A DNA stretch of 64,000 bases. Source: Octopus vulgaris (lineage: Eukaryota). Location of the stretch: positions 213,528,001 to 213,592,000 of the forward strand of contig OX597815.1 in the NCBI GenBank assembly GCA_951406725.2, in the 5' to 3' direction. This document shows positions 55,476 through 64,000 of this stretch, piece by piece. The position numbers were made by a program, and so were the translations under genes. The notes under the pieces were generated by a model. The model was given only the letters and a program-made list of their open reading frames with translations. It was not told the origin of the DNA and made no database searches. Numbering within the stretch: the first letter of the stretch is position 1; every line of letters starts with the position of its first letter.

Positions 55476-56454
55476 AATGTCATATTTAGTTCATTATCTG
55501 TTTTGTGTCTTTACACACACACACATACAAAAAAAAAAAAAAAACCTACTACAAGAGAAATATTGTGTGGAAGCTCTTGTGCCTGTTAGGACAACTGTAG
55601 TCCACTGTAGACACATAGATAACATAGGAAACATGACCTTTGATACATTAAAATAGCGGTGGCTTTCTTTGTGACCTTTTATATCAGTTGGTCAAGTAGA
55701 AGCTGGTGTCAGGCAGTCTCAGGGAAGACCAGTGGCTGACGGCGTGGTAAGGAGGAAGTCTGTTATTCGTCGCTCGACCCGTTAGAAATAGCGCTCAAAT
55801 CTCGTTCAAAATGAATATATCGTTGTACAATTTGAATATATCGGATAATACTTAATGTTATATTAAAAAATAAAATACTGAAACAGCACCATAGTAAAAA
55901 AAAAAATGAAAGAAAAAAACCGCAAAATTGAAAAAATAACCCTACAAAACTTGAAGTTGTCCATAGTTGGATAATATTTCATCAGAGACAAGCGACTGAG
56001 TGGTTGCCTCATCAGAGCTAAGGCAGCGGGAAACAAAAACAACAGCAAAATCTAATAGACGCGCCCAATGTGCAGATCCAAGCCAGGAAACAGAAAAAAG
56101 GAATATAGGTTAAGCGAGACGTGTCGCTTACATTGCTCTGCCTTTTGGTGGTAGATTAAAAGGAACAAATAAATAAATAAACGAATAAATAAATAAATGA
56201 ATAAATAAATAAATATAAGTAGATGACAAATAATAAGTAAATAAATAGTTAAATAAATAAAGAAAAGCAAAAATATTCAACAAATTTGAAAAAGCATGAC
56301 GGAAGATTGAGTGAATATAGCCATGTTTTTGACATGTCATGATTGAAAAAATGATGGTCTACTTTGCATTTACACACGTAGCAAACAAACACACAGGCAC
56401 ACACACACACACACACTTGCATACATAGATAGATAATCTACATAGATGTTTAAG

Positions 56455-56669
56455 CATACATACATACATACATACATAAGTATGATATATATATACAAAT
56501 CTTTATATGCATATATATAATATGTATTATATATTTATAAATATAAGTATATATGTGTATAAATATAGACATAAACATATGTGTGTGTATGTATATTTAG
56601 ATATATATTTGTATGTATATATATATATATATATTATATATATATGTTTTATATATATAAATATATATA

Positions 56670-56721
<52 letters not shown>

Positions 56722-56792
56722 TTTGTATATATAAATATATAGATATTTGTATATATATATATTTGTATATATGTATATATATAATATGTATT

Positions 56793-56833
<41 letters not shown>

Positions 56834-56955
56834 GTGTATGTGTGTGTATGTGTATGCGCGTATGTTCGAGTGTTTATAAATGTATATAGTATAAACTTAT
56901 ATATTTGTACATATGTATCTATATGTTTATGTATGTATGTATGTATATATGTATG

Positions 56956-57006
<51 letters not shown>

Positions 57007-57195
57007 ATGCATGTATATATATATATGTATATATATATATACATGCATATATATATATGTATATATATGTATATATATGTATATATATATATATGTATAT
57101 ATATACGTATATATATATGTTTGTATATATGTATATATATATGTATATATATGTTGGTATATATATGCATGTATACATGTGTATGTTCGTGTGTC
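56455..57195. repeat. Degenerate (TA)/(TATG)n low-complexity tract
   Basis: Direct reading of the sequence. Confidence 0.9.
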
Positions 57196-57694
57196 TGTCT
57201 TGTATTGATTAATTGGTTTATTTTGATTTATTGTTATGTTGGATGAAACTATAAAAGATCAATTGAATGGCTTCTTTTAATGTTGGTTATAGACATGCAA
57301 TTATCTCACAAGATATATATTATATAAATATATATATATATACATATATATACTTCTCTTCTGTAAGACTGTTTGTATATCAGATCTCAGACATATTGTT
57401 TTTGTTCGGAATAAACATGATAAATCGCTCATATATATATATATTTTTATTCATTTACATCTTCTAATATCAATTTATGCTCAATCAGACTTTATTTAAC
57501 CTCTCATTATTATTAAAATTTTTACTAACATTTCGGTCTGTTTCATAAATCAAAATATTCCAGTCACAATCGAAATTTCATCGTTCATCCTAATCGTTCA
57601 AATACTTTGCCAGCGAAGGAGTCGTTCTGTAGTTGCTCGATCTACCAGAAACGGCGGAACCATACATTCGTGTACATTACTTTACGCGTTCTTT

Positions 57695-57902
57695 TATCTC
57701 TCACGTTTCAGTCATTTGACTGCGGCCATGCTGGAGCACTGCCTTGAAGAATTTTTAGTGAAATATATCGACTCCAATACCTTTCTTTTTAAGCCTTGTA
57801 CTTATTCTATCGATGTATTTTGCCGAACCGCTAAGTTACGGTGACGTAAACACACCAACATTTCTTGTAAAGCAGTGGTAGGAGATAAACACAGACATAC
57901 AC

Positions 57903-57962
<60 letters not shown>

Positions 57963-58096
57963 CGGGCTTCTTTCAGTTTCCGTCTACCAGATCCACTCAC
58001 AAGGCTTTGGTCAGCCCGAGGCTATTGTAGAAGACACCTGTCCAATGTGTCACGCAGTGGGACTGAACCTGGAACCATCTGGTTGGGAAGCAAGTT
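57695..58096 (-). mobile_element. SINE, family A
   Basis: Collinear with 385-795, with an internal (CA)n and a truncated head. Confidence 0.85.
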
Positions 58097-58193
58097 TAAT
58101 TATATAACGGTATGCTGTATCCTTCGAATTACACCTTACCATAAAAAAAAATAAAACATGAAAGAACACACTGGATCATGTAATCCTAGATAT

Positions 58194-58502
58194 TATTGTT
58201 GTTTGTTTCTTCTCAAGCCATACCTGACTCACAGGGCCGGTTTCCCGGTTTCCTTGGCGTATAGGTTCCCCACCTGGACGGGACGCCGGTCCGTCGCAGG
58301 TGAGCTGCAAGATGCAGGAGGAAAGAGTGAGAGAAAGTTGTGGCGAAAGACTCAGCAGAAGTTCACCATTACCTTCTGTCGGAGCCTCGTGGAGCTTAGG
58401 CGTTTCACTCATAAACACACACATCGCCCTGTCTGAGATTCGAACCCGCGATCCCTCGACCACGAGTCCGCTGCTCTAAGCCACTAGGCCACGTGCCTCC
58501 AC
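58194..58502 (-). mobile_element. tRNA-derived SINE, family E
   Basis: 12-bp TSD aatcctagatat (58182-58193 / 58503-58514). Head gtggaggcacgtggcctagtgg...gggttcgaatc. Confidence 0.85.
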
Positions 58503-58734
58503 AATCCTAGATATACTGTCCGAAATAAAGACGAGATGGTTTTTTCATAGAATACTTTTGATCATGGATCTGCTAATCGAGGCCTGATCTGGAGATAAGC
58601 AAACGACTATGACGATGACGACGGCGGCTGCGGTGACAATGAAAACAACAACAGCAATAGTGTAGAAGTAGTAAACAACAACAACAACAACAAATTAAAC
58701 TTCGGATAAAGGCAAAAAATAAAGAAATGAATAA

Positions 58735-59081
58735 AACAATCCACGGGCCATACGTCCCCTGCCCAATTCAGGATCACAGCATATAGGTACACTGCGACAT
58801 AATTTCTTTTACTCAACAGGCCTTGCCCTGTTTAACATTGTCCCGAAAGAGATCAAAGAGGAAAAGGATCCCATCACCTTTAAACGGTGTCTGGACAGAT
58901 TTCTTCAAGGAATACCGGATAAGCCACCCATACCTGGATACAATTCACTCAACAAGAACTCACTACTTGAATGGACCATAAACAAAACTTGACTTAAACA
59001 GGATTTAGATAATCCTATCAGATGGTTAGACATGGCCTGGACCAATCTTTGGTGGAAACATATCTAAGTTTATCTAAGTTT
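58735..59081 (+). mobile_element. 5'-truncated CR1-type LINE 3' end (second family)
   Basis: HNFFYSTGLALFNIVPKEIKEEKDPITFKRCLDRFLQGIPDKPPIPGYNSLNKNSLLEW...*, with a (tatctaagtt)2 tail. Confidence 0.75.
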
Positions 59082-59144
59082 AACGCAGGACTGTACTGTA
59101 TAACTGATATCTTGGATTATTCCAAGACGACTGACTTTTAGAGA

Positions 59145-60931
59145 ATGGTGAATGTTAACGTAATGCTTTCTGCCTTAAAAGAAATTTTGAATATTACTGA
59201 AAGAGAAATGAGTTCACTGACGCACGAATCCGAAATGGAAGCACGAATACGATTCGCCGGTCTTCTTCCCTTTCTACAAAGGAATATTCTATTCTTAAAA
59301 ATATTCTTAAATATGTTCTTAAAAATAAGATGGATATTAGGGCAATGCATCAACAACAACAACAACACATGCATACGAAACCAAAACAACAATAGCAATG
59401 TTAGTGACAACAGCAATAACCACAACACCCCCCGCTCAATCAACTATAACAACAACAACAACAACAACAACACATACATACGAAACCAAAACAACAACAA
59501 TAGCAATGATAACAACAACAGTGACAATAACAACAATAACAACCACAACACCCCACAAACAAACAACAATACTAGCCACAACATCACCAGCACCAGCACC
59601 ACCTTTAACACCAACGCCCACAACAACAACAGCGACAACAGAAGTAACAACAACAACCTCAACAACTACAGTAATAACAACATCAACAATGAACACAACA
59701 CCAACAACAACAACAGCGTCGGCACCAGTAACAACAACCACTACAGTAACAATGGTAACACCCTAGAATCTGTCTTCTATAACACCAACGATAAATCGTA
59801 CGATATGATGAGGATCTGCTCCACAGACTTACCCTTCAGCAAAAGGGTATGTACCCTACCACAGATTGAGTGAGACAGAAGCAAAGATTTCTTTAGCTAG
59901 AAATAGACTCCGGCACATCTTAGACCGATATAACAAAACCACTAAAAAAAACATAATGAAGGGGAGACCCACCAAATCAGTTCAAAGGCCTACAACAACT
60001 GAAACAGCGAATTAGGAACAGGGAGTTAGCGTGCCTCCCCACGGACAAGTCTGGCAGATTATGTCCAGGCCATGCAACAACACATCAGCAGCATGCGAGA
60101 GGTTGCACCACAGGAACATGAAAGAGTAGAAAATCTTCTCAGATGCACTCATGGGAATGTGGTGCAACACACTCCAAACCCAGGAAAGGGACTGCACAAA
60201 ATTTCCAAGCATTCAGCAACGATGTTCTTAAGCTGTACGGGTTACGAAAGGACCATAAACCTTACGTAAGCCCTGTTATGGGCCCCTACCCGGCCAGTTT
60301 GCGGAGCAAATATCTCTAGTAATTATAGGCTATCCTACTTCTCACAGGTGTTACGACTACCTACTCACAGAAATGTCCCCAGGTGTCTGTGTGAGCACGG
60401 AGGATGTCAGCAGAATCAGTAGTTGTAACCAATCCAACGACCTCGCAGGTTGTATGGATGTGGTTTCACTCTACTCCTCTAGAGATATAGATTTTACTGT
60501 GGAAAAATGCATTGAGATTATCTGTGAGAGTGAAGTAGAGTTCTGTCAAGTCAACACCAGGGAACTGGGCCTCCTCCTTACACTAACCTATAACCGTAAC
60601 TACCTAGACAACCATGACCTAAGTAGCTTCCGTGCTACTAGGTCACAGAGAAGAAGACCACTTCGGCAGTGAGAAAAGCACCACAAAGCGCTGGAGTGAC
60701 TGAACCATACCAACCCAGGACACTGAGAACAACAATCATGTGGAAAATATGATTGTGCATGCTATAGGATCTAGCATAAAAACCACCTTGAGGAACCACA
60801 TAGTGAAGTTTGAGAGGAAGCTATACATGCAGGTTCAAGGTGCAGCCACTGGTGTCGGTGTGGCTGGAGATGTGGCCGGCCTCTACATGACCTGGTGGGA
60901 CAGGAAACTTAAACAATCCACAACTGAGTAG
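59145..60931 (+). pseudogene. Decayed Penelope-like element reverse transcriptase with an upstream (AAC)n Asn-rich region
   Basis: Frameshifted motifs in PLE RT order: DKSGRL (~60045), RPVCGAN (~60290), MDVVSLY (~60455), LYMQVQGAATG..VAG.VAGLYM.WWD (~60820-60900). Confidence 0.7.
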
Positions 60932-60949
60932 AATAGAAGCCTGGAAAAC

Positions 60950-63130
60950 AAACAAGCTAGGAAATACAAGATGCAAATCTTGCCTCGAGTCAAAGAGAAA
61001 TGATTTGGAACAATAATAGAAGAGTTAAAACAGCGTATCATAGCAGTAGCAAGTAAACTCTCCAGATATCAGAAAACAATAGATCAGTGTCGACAAATTA
61101 GATTATTTTAGACAGACCAGAGGAGATATTATAACCAATTAAATAGTGGAAAACGAAGTACTGAATATGAGAAACCTAATGCAGAGGAAGCTAGAAAGTT
61201 CTGGAGTAATATTTTGGATAAACCAGTCAATCATAATGGAGATGCAGTATGGTTAAAGAAAACGAGGGAAGAAGTATTGAGTGAGAAGCAACCAGATCTA
61301 AGATTAACTAGTAAAGTGTTGGGAAAATGCCGAATTGGAAGGGCCCAGGACCTGATGTAGTTCAAGGATATTGGCTAAAGAAATTTAGAAGTTTACATGG
61401 CAGGCTGAGGGAGCAACTTCAGGATTTGCCTTAATGGAGGAATAATACCAGACTGGATGCTTAGAGGGAGGACAATACTCATTATGAAGGACAAGAGCAA
61501 GCGTAATATAACTAGAAACTATAGACCAATCAATTGCTTACCATTAGTGTGGAAACTGTTGACAGGAATGCTTCCAGAAAGAATTTACGAGCATCTTGAT
61601 AACCAAAAGTTACTACCAGAAGAACGAAAAAGTTTCAGGAAGAAGGCTAGAGGAACACTTGATCTATTATACATAGACAAAGCAGTTCTAAATGAAGTAA
61701 AAGTCAGAAAGAAAGATCTAACAATAGCATGGATAAATTATAAGAAAGCCTATTATATGATCCAACTCTCATGGATAAGTGAGTGTTTGAGTATACTCAG
61801 TATAGCAGACAGCGTAAGAGAATTAACCAGCTTTAACATGAAGAAAAAGAAAGTAGATCTATACTCAGGTGATACAATCTCAGGCAGAGTGAATATCAAA
61901 AGAGGAATTTTCCAGGAGACTCATAGTCCCCTTTAATATTTGTCTTATATTTGATCCCCCTCATTTTAGTATTAAGGAAGGCAAAGGCAGAGTATCAGTT
62001 CAGAAATAGTAAGGGAAATATTAATCATTTGTTCTTCATGGATGATCTGAGGTTTTTTGTAAGAATGAAAAAGAGATATATTCTTTAATGCAGACTATAA
62101 GACTCTTCAGCAAAGATATAAGCATGGGATTTGGCATAGATAAGTGAGTAATATTAGTCATGAGAAGGGGACATGTAGTCAACAGCGAAGGCATCCAATT
62201 ACCAGATGGCCAAACATTAAGAGCATTGAAAGGAGTAATTTTTATAGTATCAAGAAGTATTAGAATCTGACTGAGTACCAATTCTAGAAACGAAAACAAA
62301 AATTGAGCAGGAGTACATCAGAAAGGTAAGGAAGCTAATGAAATCAAATCTAAATTGTCCGAATCTAGTAAAGGCTGTAAATACTTGGGCAGTATCATTA
62401 CTTAGATACTCAGTAACTTTTGAAGATTGGGCGAAAACTGAATTAGGAAAGCTAGACAGAAGACCTAGGAAGGAATTCAATATGAATGGAGGATTCCACC
62501 TAAAGGCAGGGGTAGCAAGATTATACTTTGCTAGAAAGGAAGGCGGAAGAGAGTTAATATCGGCAGAAGATTGCGTGGAGTTAGCTAGAGTAGACTCCTA
62601 TGTAGGTAAAAGTGAAGAAAGTTTATTAAAAGCCGCTAGAGTCATAGCAAGATATAGGGAAACCAAAAACTCGAACGAAGTTAAAAACCTGAAGAAATAA
62701 CAGAAGTTATTTGACTGGCAGGAGAAAGCTTTGCATGGTAGACACCTAAAGATAGTTGCTGCAAATTGTTGTAGTGAGACATGGCAACGGTTATGGTTGC
62801 AGAAACGAAAGCTGCAAAGAGAGACAGAAAGTTTTTTAATAGCTGCACAAGACCAAGCGTTAAGGACTAATTGGATGAAAGCCAAAATAAATAAAAACCA
62901 AGTAGATTCTTAATGTACATTATGCAAGTGAAAAGAGGAAAGCGTTACTCATATAGTAAGTGAACGTAGCAAGCTGGCACAGAAAGAATACAAGAAAAGA
63001 TATGGTAACATAGGGAGAATATTCCACTGGGCGTTACGTAGAAAGCTAGGATTTGAACATACTGATAAATGGTATGAGCATGAACTTGGTACAGTACTAG
63101 AAAATAAGAAATACAAGATATGTGGGGCTT
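60950..63130 (+). pseudogene. Decayed R4/Dong-clade non-LTR retrotransposon (RT plus zinc knuckle region)
   Basis: PNWKGPGPD..QGYWLK, GRTILIMKD..NYRPINCL, AWINYKKAY, RGIFQ, HLFFMDDL, ETESFLIAAQDQALRT and a degenerate C..C..H. Multiple stops and frameshifts. Confidence 0.85.
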
Positions 63131-63132
63131 TA

Positions 63133-63345
63133 ACCCAAAAGAAACCGGAATTTTGCAATATTATTTTCTTCACTTAGTTTTACATGTTTACACTTTTATC
63201 GCTTTCAACGTATTCTTCATTTGAAGCAATGCATCAGTCCCGACGCATTTTTCATTATTCGAAGCAGTGCTGGAACTCTTGCGATGTGAGGCCTTTTAAA
63301 GCTCCCGCCGCTCTTTTCGTCACCTCTTTCACATCAGAAAATCCC
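63133..63345 (-). mobile_element. mariner (Tc1/mariner) transposase C-terminus and terminal-repeat relic
   Basis: Minus strand reads FSDVKEV....LKGLTSQEFQHCFE**KMRRD*CIASNEEYVESD, matching the mariner FQ.CF..W..R...CI...G.Y.E tail. Confidence 0.65.
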
Positions 63346-63427
63346 GTAGCACCAGCTTTCGTCACCAGTAACAACATTCGAAAATGCAAGATTCCAGGAG
63401 CTCTAACAAAACCTGTGATAAAGAGAA

Positions 63428-63459
<32 letters not shown>

Positions 63460-63487
63460 TAATAATAATAATAATAATAATAATAAT

Positions 63488-64000
63488 TTTGGATTTTGGA
63501 ATAAAATCTGGGCAGAAGAAAAAACACACAACGAAAAGGCCCCCTGGATTGACAGAATATCTACAGAACTGGACCCCTTAGAAGAGCAAAAGTGTGGGAG
63601 GGTGTCAAGGTAGAAGATATAAGATCTGCTCTCAGGAGGTCAAGCAAATGGAAGTCTCCAGGAAAGGATAAAATTCCTAACTTCTGGCTGAATGCCTTCC
63701 CAGAGAGCCATGAACTGCTAACAGAACTGTACAATGATGTTTTGCAACACCCTAGTAGGATGCCTCCTTGGCTAGTTAATGGGTTAACATTCCTGCTTCC
63801 AAAAAGTGAAGAAACAAATGAACCAAAAAACTATAGACCCATAACCTGCTTAACAACTATGTACAAAACACTAACATCTGTCCTGACGGAATATACCTAT
63901 AGTTTTTTAACAGACAGCAGCATATTCCCTAATGAACAGAAAGGATGTAAACGTGGATCCTACAGCTGTAAAGACCAACTACTCATCAATAAGATGATCT
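63488..64000 (+). mobile_element. 5'-truncated R4/Dong-clade element starting directly after (TAA)n, running off the window
   Basis: FWNKIW, then a frameshift, then WKSPGKDKIPNFWL...GLTFLLPK...PKNYRPITCL..MYK...EQKGCKRGS..CKDQLLINKMI, open to the window end. Confidence 0.85.

Overview
AT-rich animal genomic DNA, most likely an octopus or other cephalopod; this is inferred from the SINE, LINE and microsatellite landscape, not from a database match. The only host gene I can support is an ODF3/SHIPPO1 (CIMAP1-like) ciliary/sperm-tail gene on the + strand. It has two in-phase coding exons (910-1034 and 46691-46831) separated by an apparent 45.7-kb intron. About 32.6 kb of that intron (9170-41780) is an almost pure polypyrimidine (TTTC/TTCC)n satellite. 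A possible short terminal exon starts at 54889. The rest of the window is transposon debris: several tRNA-derived SINE families, CR1/L2/Jockey-type, R4/Dong and Penelope-like RT relics, non-autonomous Helitrons, and Tigger and mariner fragments. The most interesting signals are: (1) the satellite-filled giant intron in a flagellar gene; (2) at least four unrelated families of short Penelope-type elements carrying minimal hammerhead-ribozyme motifs, several as back-to-back inverted pairs with variant cores; and (3) two independent head-to-head SINE pairs whose target-site duplications (TSDs) abut. Nearly all long ORFs in the supplied track are microsatellite artefacts.
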